Shown: piece after piece, positions 8,314 to 17,762 of the stretch
How positions within the stretch are numbered: position 1 is the stretch's first letter
Layout: each line of letters begins with the position of its first letter
Assembly: GCF_016592615.1 (NCBI RefSeq)
Contig: NZ_AP013043.1
Location: forward strand, 150,001 to 182,000
Length of the DNA stretch: 32,000 nt
Direction: 5' to 3'
Origin: Isorropodon fossajaponicum endosymbiont JTNG4
GTDB taxonomy: Bacteria; Pseudomonadota; Gammaproteobacteria; PS1; Pseudothioglobaceae
Made by a program: the position numbers and the translations under genes
The notes under the pieces: generated by a model
Told to the model about the DNA's origin: nothing
Databases searched by the model: none
Seen by the model: the letters and a program-made list of their open reading frames with translations, nothing else

Positions 8314-10872
8314 TTAAGAGAAAATGATTTGCTCGTCTTTGACATCGCCATGAATGGTTGAACCTGATAAAAATTCTCCAGCAAGGATTTTTTGCGATAA
8401 AGGATTTTCTAATAACTGTTGTATGGTGCGCTTGAGTGGTCTGGCGCCAAATACGGGGTCATAGCCCCTGTCAACAATCATACTGATGGCTGTGTCGCTC
8501 AATGTTAGTTTGAGATTAAGTTTGGCCAAGCGTGCTGATAAGATTTCAATTTGCCTGAGTGCAATGCCTTTGATTTGGGATTTTTCTAGCGTTTTAAAAA
8601 TTACAATTTCATCAATACGATTGACAAACTCAGGTCTAAAGTGCTCGCTAACAATTTTAGAAAGTTCGCTAGATATATCCTTGCCTGGGTTTTTTTGAAT
8701 CAAGTGTGAACCTAGGTTTGAAGTCATAATAATAACAGTATTTTTAAAATCAACCGTGCGACCTTGGCCATCCGTTAGGCGGCCATCATCCAGTACTTGC
8801 AATAGAATGTTAAATACGTCTGGATGGGCTTTTTCAATTTCATCCAGTAGAATGATTGAATAAGGTTTGCGACGTACAGCTTCAGTGAGCACACCACCTT
8901 GCTCATAGCCAACATAACCTGGTGGTGCACCAATCAAACGTGCAACCGAGTGTTTTTCCATAAACTCGCTCATATCAACACGGACAATGGCTTGTTCAGT
9001 ATCAAATAAGAAGTCCGCTAAAGCTTTGGTGAGTTCAGTTTTACCCACACCAGTTGGTCCCATAAATAAAAATGAACCATCGGGGCGGTTAGGATCAGAC
9101 AAGCCACTACGTGCACGACGTACGGCGTCAGAAATTACTTTAACGGCTTTGTCTTGACCCACTAGACGTTTGTGAATAATGCTCTCCATTTGCAGCAATT
9201 TGTCTTTTTCGCCTGTCATCATTTTATCCACAGGAATGCCTGTCCAACGGGCGACAATGTGGGCGATTTCATCCTCAGTCACTTTATTTCTAAGTAGGGT
9301 CATTTTCTGCGTATCAGCATTTTCAGCCACACTTATTTTTTGCTCTAACTCAGGGATGATGCCGTATTGAAGTTCACTCATTTTGGCTAAATCGTTATTA
9401 CGATGCGCGCTTTCTAAATCGGCTTTTGCTTGTTCTAGTTCTTCTTTAAGATGGTGTGCACCTTGAACCACTAATTTTTCTTTTTTCCAAATTTCTTCCA
9501 AATCAGCGTACTCTTTTTCTAATGATTTAATCAACTCAACCAATTCTTTTAGTCGCGCTTTAGAAGCCTTATCTTTTTCTTTTTTAAGCGCCATGCGTTC
9601 AATTTTAAGTTGCACCAGTTTACGGTCAAGTTTGTCCATTGACTCTGGTTTTGAATCAATCTCCATGCGGATTTGTGAGGCGGCTTCGTCAATTAAATCA
9701 ATGGCTTTATCTGGCAGTTGCCTGTCAGTAATGTATCTGGTTGAATAAGTGACAGCAGCGATAATGGCAGGATCGGTGATTTCTACACCATGATGCACCT
9801 CGTACTTTTCTTTAAGACCACGCAAAATAGCAATGGTGTCTTGTTCGGTTGGCTCGTCCACCAATACTTTTTGAAACCTGCGCTCTAAAGCGGCGTCTTT
9901 TTCAATATATTGGCGGTATTCATCTAATGTGGTGGCGCCCACGCAGTGTAAATCACCACGAGCCAGTGCTGGTTTTAGCATATTACCTGCATCCATAGCC
10001 CCGTCAGATTTGCCAGCACCAACCATGGTGTGCAACTCATCAATAAATAAAATGACTTGACCTTGTTCGGCTTCTAATTCTTTGAGCACGGCTTTTAATC
10101 GCTCTTCAAATTCACCTCGATATTTAGCACCTGCCACCAGTGCAGCCATGTCTAATGACAAGACACGCTTACCTTTAATGCCTTCAGGCACTTCGTTATT
10201 AATAATGCGTTGTGCCAAACCTTCAACAATCGCAGTTTTACCCACGCCAGGCTCGCCAATTAGTACTGGATTGTTTTTAGTACGGCGTTGTAAAACTTGA
10301 ATAGCGCGGCGGATTTCACCATCACGACCAATCACAGGGTCAAGCTTGCCGTCAATGGCTAATTGGGTTAAATCTTGGGTGTATTTATTCAGTGCATCCC
10401 TGTTATTTTCTGCATTTTGGTCGTTCACGTTTTCACCTCCTCTAAGGCTGTTAATTGCTTGGTTTAAGCTATCCTCATTTGCACCAGCAACTTTTAATAG
10501 TTTTGTGGTTGTGTCATTGCCTTGAATGATAGCTAATAAGAATAGTTCAGTTGATAAATATGTATCGTTCTTATCAGTGGCTATTTTTTCAGCTGTGTTT
10601 AATAGGCGTAATAGATTTTGAGAAATATTAACATCACCATTTGGGTTGTTAATCGTGGCTAATGTATCAATTTCTTTATCAATTTCTTGTTTAAGTTTTT
10701 GAGTATCAATATTAGTGCTGGGCAGTAAATTACTAACACTACTATCGGTATTTTGTAACATGGCACTTAGAACGTGCACTGCTTCTATAGCACTATTATT
10801 TTTCGCAATAGCAATGGATTGTGCAGCGCCTAAGTCTTGTTGAAATTGGGCGGTTAGTTTATCAATATTCAT
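8314..10872 (-). CDS. clpB: ATP-dependent chaperone/disaggregase ClpB
   Basis: 852-aa intact ORF with two AAA+ Walker A motifs ([26 protein letters not shown]), a long coiled-coil middle domain, and no ClpP-binding loop context. Confidence 0.96.
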   Translation of the reverse strand: MNIDKLTAQFQQDLGAAQSIAIAKNNSAIEAVHVLSAMLQNTDSSVSNLLPSTNIDTQKLKQEIDKEIDTLATINNPNGDVNISQNLLRLLNTAEKIATDKNDTYLSTELFLLAIIQGNDTTTKLLKVAGANEDSLNQAINSLRGGENVNDQNAENNRDALNKYTQDLTQLAIDGKLDPVIGRDGEIRRAIQVLQRRTKNNPVLIGEPGVGKTAIVEGLAQRIINNEVPEGIKGKRVLSLDMAALVAGAKYRGEFEERLKAVLKELEAEQGQVILFIDELHTMVGAGKSDGAMDAGNMLKPALARGDLHCVGATTLDEYRQYIEKDAALERRFQKVLVDEPTEQDTIAILRGLKEKYEVHHGVEITDPAIIAAVTYSTRYITDRQLPDKAIDLIDEAASQIRMEIDSKPESMDKLDRKLVQLKIERMALKKEKDKASKARLKELVELIKSLEKEYADLEEIWKKEKLVVQGAHHLKEELEQAKADLESAHRNNDLAKMSELQYGIIPELEQKISVAENADTQKMTLLRNKVTEDEIAHIVARWTGIPVDKMMTGEKDKLLQMESIIHKRLVGQDKAVKVISDAVRRARSGLSDPNRPDGSFLFMGPTGVGKTELTKALADFLFDTEQAIVRVDMSEFMEKHSVARLIGAPPGYVGYEQGGVLTEAVRRKPYSIILLDEIEKAHPDVFNILLQVLDDGRLTDGQGRTVDFKNTVIIMTSNLGSHLIQKNPGKDISSELSKIVSEHFRPEFVNRIDEIVIFKTLEKSQIKGIALRQIEILSARLAKLNLKLTLSDTAISMIVDRGYDPVFGARPLKRTIQQLLENPLSQKILAGEFLSGSTIHGDVKDEQIIFS

Positions 10873-10907
10873 AGGTTTGTCGTGTTTTTTATGATGTGTA
10901 ATGGTTA

Positions 10908-10934
10908 TCTATGGGATGATTAATGCATTTCAAG
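10908..10934 (-). promoter_or_regulatory. Sigma-32-like heat-shock promoter upstream of clpB
   Basis: The minus strand reads CTTGAAA (10928..10934), a ~12-nt spacer, then CCCATAGA (from 10915). This resembles the CTTGAA / CCCCATNT consensus. It lies about 35-60 nt upstream of the clpB ATG. Confidence 0.45.
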
Positions 10935-10951
10935 TACTAAAATAAAATATT

Positions 10952-11413
10952 ATGTTAAATTTAGTGTTGTTCGAACCTGAAATACCCAACAATACTGGCG
11001 CTATTATTCGCCTATGTGCCAACATGGGTGCAAACCTGCACCTTATCAAACCTTATGGTTTTGAAATGGAGGATAAAAAATTACGCAGAGCAGGACTGGA
11101 TTATAAAGAACTTATGTGTGTCAGTGAATATGACAATTTTGATGATTATTTGGAAAAGGCAAAACCTAAAAGGCTATTTGCAGTTAGTTCAAAAGTTAAA
11201 ACTATTTATACAGATGTTAAGTATCAAGTGGGTGACTCACTGCTTTTAGGTCCAGAAACCAGAGGGCTTCCACAAGCCATATTAAATCAATATAAAGGCA
11301 TTATTTTACCAATGCAAGATGGGTCTCGTAGTTTGAATTTGTCAAACTGTGCTTCTATTGTGGCATATGAAGCTTGGCGGCAAATCGGTTTTAAAGGGGC
11401 TAAGAGTGCTTAA
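10952..11413 (+). CDS. trmL: tRNA (cytidine/uridine-2'-O)-methyltransferase TrmL (SpoU/TrmH family)
   Basis: 153 aa. MLNLVLFEPEIPNNTGAIIRLCANMGANLHLIKPYGF...LLLGPETRGLP...LNLSNCASIVAYEAW is typical of TrmL/YibK. Confidence 0.9.
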   Translation: MLNLVLFEPEIPNNTGAIIRLCANMGANLHLIKPYGFEMEDKKLRRAGLDYKELMCVSEYDNFDDYLEKAKPKRLFAVSSKVKTIYTDVKYQVGDSLLLGPETRGLPQAILNQYKGIILPMQDGSRSLNLSNCASIVAYEAWRQIGFKGAKSA

Positions 11414-12374
11414 ATTTATTGTATTGATGTTATTTTCATCCATTGGCAAGTGCTAATAGTTGTGTGGTTTTGTTGTATCATCATTTTTCTGATGCCGCGC
11501 CTAAATCAACTAGTATTAGACCTAAATTATTTGAACAGCACTTGCAATATCTGCAGGCCAATGATTTTGAAGTGTTAAGTTTACAAACAATGTACGCGTT
11601 TGAATAATCATAACTTACCAAACAAATGCGTGGTTCTAACGGCTGATGATGCTTATCAATCAATTGCAGAAAATGCCTATCCGCTTTTACAAAAATATCA
11701 AATGTCAATGAGTGTTTTTGTGGCAACAGATTCAATTGACCGTAAATACAAAGCAATGATGACTTGGCAAAAAATGCGTGATACTCAAGGTAAAACGATG
11801 GCATTTTATAACCATGGTACTAGCCATGCACATTTTCTTGATTTGAACAAAGCGCAAATTAAGATGCAAATTAAGCAAGCACAAAACCGACTCAATCAAG
11901 AGCTAGGTAAGGTTGATAAAATCTTTGCTTATCCTTATGGTGAGTCTAATTTAGATATTTTAAAACAAATAAAAAATATGGGTTATGTTGCTTTTGGTCA
12001 GCATTCTGGCGTTGTGTCAACGACTAGTAATTTATAAAACCTGCCACGCTTTCCTATGGCGGCAAACTATGCCAAAATGGATGCTTTTAAACTCAAAATC
12101 AGTACCTTGCCAATGCCAATAGTGGAAAATAAAATAAACCCTATTGTTACTAACAAAAATCCGCCTATACTTTAGACTGACTTTTAAAAACCCATTGACA
12201 AAATCAGCAAAAGAAAAGTTAAATTGTTTTGCTGATAGTGGGGTAAAAATTCATTGGGAAAATGATAAAAAAGTCTCTATTGTAGCGCAAAAACCGCTTA
12301 TTAATAGGCGTTCAAAATACAATTGCACAATGTTTAACCAAGAAAAAAATAGCTACTATTGGTATAGCATTTAG
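11408..12374 (+). pseudogene. Polysaccharide deacetylase (NodB-homology) family protein with about 4 lesions
   Basis: A signal-peptide-like start (GTG 11408, VLKFIVLMLFSSIGKC**) is followed in the +1 frame by VVLLYHHFSDAAPKSTSIRPKLFEQHLQYLQANDFEVLSL...FE*. ORF 11600..12037 follows (CVVLTADDAYQSI...FYNHGTSHAHF...FAYPYGE). An in-frame TAA at 12035..12037 is followed by NLPRFPMAANY... A further shift near 12170 leads into ORF 12144..12374. Confidence 0.75.
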
Positions 12375-12387
12375 TGGATTAAACCCG

Positions 12388-12411
12388 AAGTTGACCAATA
12401 AGTTGACCAAT
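12388..12411. repeat. Perfect 12-bp tandem direct repeat AAGTTGACCAAT x2
   Basis: Read directly: 12388..12399 equals 12400..12411. Each copy contains a TTGACC -35-like hexamer. Confidence 0.9.
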
Positions 12412-12419
12412 GGCGTATT

Positions 12420-12428
12420 TGATATAAT
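12420..12428 (+). promoter_or_regulatory. Extended -10 promoter element TGATATAAT upstream of the 12456 gene
   Basis: A TGnTATAAT match at 12420..12428 lies 27 nt before ATG 12456. The nearest TTGACC (12403..12408) is only 14 nt upstream, so the extended -10 would have to carry the promoter. Confidence 0.4.
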
Positions 12429-12455
12429 GATGCTTTTTTAACTTAGGATAGGCAA

Positions 12456-12961
12456 ATGAAATTACCAATTGTTTTAGTCGTTTATTTAATATTTTTCAGC
12501 AACACTTATGCAAATATGAATAGTGATAGTATTGTTTCGATACATACAGGCTCGTACCTCAAATATATAGTACCTTCTGGAGACGATTTTACTGAAAAAT
12601 TCGCTAATGATTTTTTTGACATAGAAATACGGGTTAATGATGATAGCGTTGCATTCCAAAAAATAATCATTGGCACATTTAAAAATAGTGAAAATAATAG
12701 ATGTATATTATTGGGTGTACAAAAAAATTGGAAACACCTTGGTAAAAGACTTATATTTGAAGGCGTTTATGCTTATGCTGGGGAGTTCTTTTTTGGTGAT
12801 TTTTCCCATTGCGGAGATGATGGGGTTTATGCAAAGATAAAAAAGCAACAGGATCAGGCTTTGTGCCATATAGTTATCATGGCCTAGAATATGATTTAAA
12901 TAAAAATATTAGTATTGAGGGAGGGTTTATACTTGTGGCAACTATTCAGTTTCATTTTTAA
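12456..12961 (+). pseudogene. Hypothetical secreted / outer-membrane-like protein, possible 1-nt frameshift in an A6 run
   Basis: Signal peptide MKLPIVLVVYLIFFSNTYA. The track ORF ends ...AKIKKQQDQALCHIVIMA*. Shifting frame at A6 (12839..12844) gives ...AKIKKATGSGFVPYSYHGLEYDLNKNISIEGGFILVATIQFHF*, with alternating hydrophobic residues and a C-terminal Phe as in beta-barrel OMPs. I recognise no family. Confidence 0.45.
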
Positions 12962-12975
12962 CAGATTTTTGATTA

Positions 12976-13932
12976 TTAATCTAATTTTGTTAAGTTGTAG
13001 GTGTTACTAAAATCTTTAATATTGAGCACTTTTTTACCTGAAAGTTGTAAGGTTTCCAGACTTAGTGCACCATCTCCAGTGGCAACAATACACGCCTCTT
13101 TGTTGTGCTTAATAATACTGCCTGGGTTGTGATTGCTGTCGGCCATTACTACAGAGGCGGATAAAATACGTAGAACTTTAGTATCAAATCTATTACTTGA
13201 TGCATGGGCTTGGGCAATAGGATAGGGGTTAAATGCTCTAATTTGTCGATTAATTTGTATTGCACTTTGAGTCCAATCAATCCAGGCCTCGTCTTTTTTG
13301 AGTTTTTTGGCATAAGTGATGTTGTTTTCACTTTGCATTGTTGGCGATAAATTATCAAGATTATTCAAAGCTTCAATAATAGTATTAGAGCCAAGTTTGG
13401 ACAGTTTGTCATGTAGAGATTGGGCTGTATCAGTGAGTGTGATTGGACAGGTTTTTTCAAGTAAGATATCACCCGTATCTAAACCCTCATTCATTTGCAT
13501 GATATCAATGCCTGTGGTTTTATCACCTGCCAAAATTGCACGCTGAATAGGTGCTGCGCCACGCCAACGTGGTAATAATGAGCCGTGGATATTAAGGCAA
13601 CCATATTTGGGTGTATTGAGGATTTTAGCAGGTAATATTTGCCCGTAAGCCACTACTACTATCACATCTGCATTGAGTTTTGCTAAGACTTGTTGGGTTT
13701 TGTCATCTTTTAAGTTTTCAGGTTGAAAAACGTTTAAGTTATGTTCTAATGCTTTTACTTTAACAGGGCAAGCTGTTAACACTCTTCCGCGACCCTTGGG
13801 TCGATCGGGTTGGCAATATACGCCAACAATATCATGTTTGGCGTTAATGAGCGCTGCTAATATACCTATCGAAAACTCAGGCGTGCCTGCAAAGACAATG
13901 CGCATCCTGAAAGAAGTACTTTTTTGGTGCAT
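12976..13932 (-). CDS. fmt: Methionyl-tRNA formyltransferase
   Basis: MRIVFAGTPEFS..., HGSLLPRWRGAAPIQRAI and the C-terminal domain are present. The start is either ATG 13932 (overlaps the argH stop, TAATG) or ATG 13905 (MRIVFAG). Confidence 0.92.
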   Translation of the reverse strand: MHQKSTSFRMRIVFAGTPEFSIGILAALINAKHDIVGVYCQPDRPKGRGRVLTACPVKVKALEHNLNVFQPENLKDDKTQQVLAKLNADVIVVVAYGQILPAKILNTPKYGCLNIHGSLLPRWRGAAPIQRAILAGDKTTGIDIMQMNEGLDTGDILLEKTCPITLTDTAQSLHDKLSKLGSNTIIEALNNLDNLSPTMQSENNITYAKKLKKDEAWIDWTQSAIQINRQIRAFNPYPIAQAHASSNRFDTKVLRILSASVVMADSNHNPGSIIKHNKEACIVATGDGALSLETLQLSGKKVLNIKDFSNTYNLTKLD

Positions 13933-15374
13933 TATTTTAAAGTTTTTCTTGCTATTTTGATGGCTTGTTTGACTTGGTTGGGACTGGTTGCACCTAAGTG
14001 ATTGCGTGCATTTAATGAGCCTTCTAGTGAGAGCATCTCAAATACATCGTTTTTAATGCGACTATCAAAGGTTTGTAACTCTTCCAAGCTAAGCTCGCTT
14101 AAATCTTTTTGGTGCACAATACCGTAAGCAACTGATTTTCCAACCACTTCGTGTGCATCTCTAAAGGGCAAACCTTTGTTAACTAAATAATCAGCTAAAT
14201 CAGTGGCTGTGGTGTAGCCTTGTTTGGTCGAGTTATACATATTATCACGCTTGATTTGAATGGTTGGTACCATGTCTGCAAACACACGTAAACAGGCTTT
14301 TAAAGTGTCAACTGTATCAAATAATGGTTCTTTGTCTTCTTGATTGTCTTTGTTATAAGCCAGTGGTTGAGATTTCATAATCGTAAGCAGTGAGGTTAAA
14401 TTGCCATATACGCGACCTGTTTTTCCGCGAACCAATTCGGGCACATCTGGGTTTTTCTTTTGTGGCATGATGGATGAGCCTGTGCAAAAACTATCAGGCA
14501 ATTCGATAAAATTAAACTGTGCACTTGACCATAAAATTAACTCTTCTGAAAAACGTGAAAGATGCATCATAATGATGCTTGCTGCGGATAAAAACTCAAT
14601 GGAAAAATCTCGATCACTAACGCCATCAAGTGAATTAAGACAAATGCGTTCAAAGCCTAATAATTCAGCTGTATGCGTGCGGTTAATTGGATAAGTAGTG
14701 CCTGCTAATGCAGCTGAACCTAGTGGCATTGAGTTGATGCGCTTGCGACAATCAAATAGACGTTCTACATCACGCGCTAACATTTCAAAATAAGCCATCA
14801 TATGATGGCCAAAACTGACGGGTTGTGCAGCTTGAAGATGGGTAAAGCCAGGCATAATTGTACTTGTCTCTTTTTCAGCTAAATCAACTAGTGCCAGTTG
14901 TAAGCGCTTAATCTCGTTAGTAATATCATCGACTTGGTTGCGTAAATAAAGGCGAGTGTCAGTTGCAATTTGATCATTACGAGAACGCCCTGTGTGTAGT
15001 TTTTTACCTACATCGCCAATCATTTTAACCAGACGTGCCTCAATATTCATATGTACATCTTCAAGTGTTACTGACCACTTAAATTCACCAGTTTTGATGT
15101 CACTTAGAATTTTCTCGAGACCTTTAATAATTTGATTTTTTTCATTTTCAGTAAGCAAACCAACTTCTTGTAACATAGTGGCATGAGCAATTGAGCCTTG
15201 AATGTCATAAGGTGCTAAAATCTTGTCAAAGAATATTGATGCGCCAAAAATTTTAACAAATTCATCTGTTGGTTCACTAAAACGTCCACCCCAAGATTGA
15301 TTGGTTTGTGTTGTTTGCCTAGACGCCTCTTTGGAGGCTACTGTGTGTTGCTTATGTTGTGTGTCGTTCGTCAT
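13932..15374 (-). CDS. argH: Argininosuccinate lyase
   Basis: WGGRFSE is near the N-terminus, and the fumarate-lyase signature [12 protein letters not shown] is present. 480 aa, with a ~25-aa Q/T-rich N-terminal extension. The start overlaps the upstream stop (ATGA). Confidence 0.94.
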   Translation of the reverse strand: MTNDTQHKQHTVASKEASRQTTQTNQSWGGRFSEPTDEFVKIFGASIFFDKILAPYDIQGSIAHATMLQEVGLLTENEKNQIIKGLEKILSDIKTGEFKWSVTLEDVHMNIEARLVKMIGDVGKKLHTGRSRNDQIATDTRLYLRNQVDDITNEIKRLQLALVDLAEKETSTIMPGFTHLQAAQPVSFGHHMMAYFEMLARDVERLFDCRKRINSMPLGSAALAGTTYPINRTHTAELLGFERICLNSLDGVSDRDFSIEFLSAASIIMMHLSRFSEELILWSSAQFNFIELPDSFCTGSSIMPQKKNPDVPELVRGKTGRVYGNLTSLLTIMKSQPLAYNKDNQEDKEPLFDTVDTLKACLRVFADMVPTIQIKRDNMYNSTKQGYTTATDLADYLVNKGLPFRDAHEVVGKSVAYGIVHQKDLSELSLEELQTFDSRIKNDVFEMLSLEGSLNARNHLGATSPNQVKQAIKIARKTLK

Positions 15375-15850
15375 AATTCTGCCTTTAATTGTCGTTTAAG
15401 TTTAGTGATTGATTTGTCAATCACCTTGTCAAGCTCAGTCCAATAATAATCCATGCTAGGCACGCCAATTATTTTACCTAAGTTTGCACCATAATTATCC
15501 ATAAGAAATATTGTAGGGTAAAAATTAATGCCATTTTGAAAGGCAAATCTACCGTGATTGGTGTCGTTATTGTAAAAATCCTTCATATCTTTTAGTGTGC
15601 CAGCATTAACATGGCGAATGATGACTTTGTTTTTATATTCATCCAATTCATTCATTGGTGCAATGACTTCTTGTTTGACTTTTTGACAATAAGGACAGTT
15701 AGGAATAGAAAACATTATTAAAATAGGCGTTTCGTTTTTACGCACCAACTGAGCATCTTCTAAGAGGTTTTTTGCCAGCGGTAGTGCTAAATCTTGCGAC
15801 GTAGCAAAATTAGAAACAAGCACAAGCAGTAATAGATAAAATCGAAACAT
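15371..15850 (-). CDS. Periplasmic thioredoxin-fold protein (CPYC motif)
   Basis: Signal peptide [18 protein letters not shown], then [20 protein letters not shown] (a CxxC motif in thioredoxin context). It is a paralogue of the 19552..20055 product. Confidence 0.75.
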   Translation of the reverse strand: MFRFYLLLLVLVSNFATSQDLALPLAKNLLEDAQLVRKNETPILIMFSIPNCPYCQKVKQEVIAPMNELDEYKNKVIIRHVNAGTLKDMKDFYNNDTNHGRFAFQNGINFYPTIFLMDNYGANLGKIIGVPSMDYYWTELDKVIDKSITKLKRQLKAEL

Positions 15851-15880
15851 GGGCCTATTTTAATATAAACTCTTTTAACC

Positions 15881-16795
15881 ATGAACAAAACCCTAAAAAT
15901 TGCAACTCGACAATCTCCATTGGCATTATGGCAAGCACAGCATGTTAAAACTAGACTGGAAAAAACCTATCCTAATCTAACAGTTGTTTTGGTAGAAATG
16001 ACCACCAAGGGCGATCAAATTTTAAACTCGCCCTTGTCAAAAATTGGTGGCAAGGGTTTGTTTATTAAAGAATTAGAGGTTAGTATGATAAAGGACATGG
16101 CTGATATTGCTGTGCATTCTATGAAAGACGTGCCTTATGAAATATCACAAGGATTTGAGTTAGGGGCAATTTTAAAACGCGAAAATCCCTTTGATGCCTT
16201 TGTTTCCAATAATTTTTCTAGCATTGATGACTTGCCACAAAATGCTAAAGTTGGTACTTGTTCAATGCGCCGTATTGTACAACTTAAAGCCATCCGCCCT
16301 GATTTAAAAATCCTAGATTTGCGTGGTAATGTCAATACTCGATTAAAAAAATTAGATGAAGGCGAGTTTGATGGCATCATTCTTGCCTGTGCAGGGCTTA
16401 TTCGTCTAAGACTTGAGAGTCGAATCAAACAACAAATTTCTGACCAGCAAAGCTTGCCTGCCGTAGGACAAGGTGCAGTGGGTATTGAAATTCGTGAAAA
16501 TGATACAGAAATCTTAGATTTAATTAAGCCTTTGATTGATATTGAAACCACCTATAGAGTAAGCGCAGAGCGAGCCATGAATGCACGCCTTGAGGGTGGC
16601 TGCTCGGTACCGATTGCAGGCTTTGCTTTGATTGATAATGAGCAAATAACGCTAACGGGCTTGGTGGGTAATGTTGATACTGGTGTGATATTAAAAGAGC
16701 AAGTTTTGGGTCATGTTTCTCAAGCAGAGGCTTTGGGTGTTGAATTGGCAAACAAACTCATATCACTAGGTGCTAAAGATATTTTAAAAGGTTAA
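15881..16795 (+). CDS. hemC: Hydroxymethylbilane synthase (porphobilinogen deaminase)
   Basis: LKIATRQSPLALWQAQHV, GNVNTRLKKLDEGEFDGIILA and GGCSVPIAGFA (the cofactor Cys region) are present in a 304-aa intact ORF. Confidence 0.95.
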   Translation: MNKTLKIATRQSPLALWQAQHVKTRLEKTYPNLTVVLVEMTTKGDQILNSPLSKIGGKGLFIKELEVSMIKDMADIAVHSMKDVPYEISQGFELGAILKRENPFDAFVSNNFSSIDDLPQNAKVGTCSMRRIVQLKAIRPDLKILDLRGNVNTRLKKLDEGEFDGIILACAGLIRLRLESRIKQQISDQQSLPAVGQGAVGIEIRENDTEILDLIKPLIDIETTYRVSAERAMNARLEGGCSVPIAGFALIDNEQITLTGLVGNVDTGVILKEQVLGHVSQAEALGVELANKLISLGAKDILKG

Positions 16796-16798
16796 AGA

Positions 16799-17075
16799 AT
16801 GAACACGCCACCTGATTTAAAGATGTTGTCTAAATTATCAGGCTGGACAATGCTTGATGGTAAATTGCATCAAACTTTTGTTTTTGCTGATTTTGCCCAA
16901 GCTTTTGGTTTTATAACCCAGGTTGTTATGAAGGCCTCGATGATGAATCATCACCCACAGTGGTCAAATGTTTATACAACCGTTGTGATTGATTTAATCA
17001 CACATAGTGAAGGCCCAATTAGACGTTGAGTTAGCTACTAAAATTAGTGGTATTTTTAACCATATGAGCAAGTGA
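16799..17075 (+). pseudogene. phhB: Pterin-4a-carbinolamine dehydratase (PhhB/PCD), probable frameshift near the 3' end
   Basis: LSGWTMLDGKLHQTFVFADFAQAFGFITQVVMKASMMNHHPQWSNVYTTVVIDLITHSEG is PCD-like. The track ORF then ends as PIRR* at 17029. The +1 frame from about 17016 reads QLDVELATKISGIFNHMSK* (stop 17073..17075), which is the expected C-terminal helix. Confidence 0.5.
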
Positions 17076-17077
17076 GC

Positions 17078-17753
17078 ATGTTGAGATTTATTGAGAAGAA
17101 TTTTTTTATTATCGTGCAACGCATTGGTTTGTTGTTTGCGCTGGTTTCATTAATAGCCGTTATTGCACTAGGCGTGGTTAGTTATGAAAAAATTAACACA
17201 CAAGTTAGTGACGAGATTGAAAATCCAGTGGTTGATTTTGACCAATATCAAAACTCACGCGCACCAACCAACAATATTAAGATTTATTTAGATGTCAATC
17301 AATCATTAAAGCAAGATGAACAGAATAGTTTTGAGCGTGAGTTTGATAAATATACTCAGCAAATTATTAACCATTTACAGCAGTTGCCTGATGAAGTTAT
17401 TAATATGCAGCACAGAATAAAAATCTTGCCTAAAATTAAGTCCAATCCTTATACAAAAACGTTGCAATTGGCTTATGTGCAATCTTTAGAGAAATTAATC
17501 AAACAAGCAAGCACTTAACACTGAAAATAACCAAATTAATATTGAGGATTTATTACACTGGCATGATCAAATGTTTGCTCAACAAGTCAACCAGAAAACA
17601 CAGGGCAATCTATTAAAAATGGGTACGGTTAAAACTTAGCAAATGATAGGCTTTATTGCTCTAGGCATGGCCGCCGCTGTCGCTTTGGGAATTTTTATTA
17701 TGTTTGTGATGATGTTGGCCATGCTACGCATTGAACAAAATACTAGAAAATAA
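17078..17753 (+). pseudogene. Hypothetical membrane protein with N- and C-terminal TM segments, frameshift plus in-frame TAG
   Basis: ORF 17072..17518 has a TM segment near its N-terminus (IGLLFALVSLIAVIALGVV) and stops at 17516. The next frame continues as ALNTENNQINIEDLLHWHDQMF...LKMGTVKT*QMIGFIALGMAAAVALGIFIMFVMMLAMLRIEQNTRK* (TAG 17637..17639, final TAA 17751..17753). Removing one copy of the CAAG tandem at 17504..17511 would restore the frame. Confidence 0.45.
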
Positions 17754-17762
17754 ACCTCTTAG

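Noticed and set aside
8486-10300. Plus-strand ORFs 8486..8698, 9179..9370 and 10082..10300
   Set aside because: They are antisense to the intact 852-aa clpB and have Ser/Leu/Cys-rich nonsense composition, typical of shadow ORFs. The same reasoning applies to 13149..13546 (in fmt), 14401..14694 (in argH), 16135..16751 (in hemC), 18420..19163 (in the TolC-like gene), 19643..19831, 20287..21021 (in ftsY), 23181..23423 and 24455..24658 (in the M16 genes).
11481-11804. Minus-strand 107-aa ORF as a gene
   Set aside because: It is antisense to the polysaccharide deacetylase remnants, whose plus-strand homology is clear. Its Cys/Leu-rich composition resembles no family.
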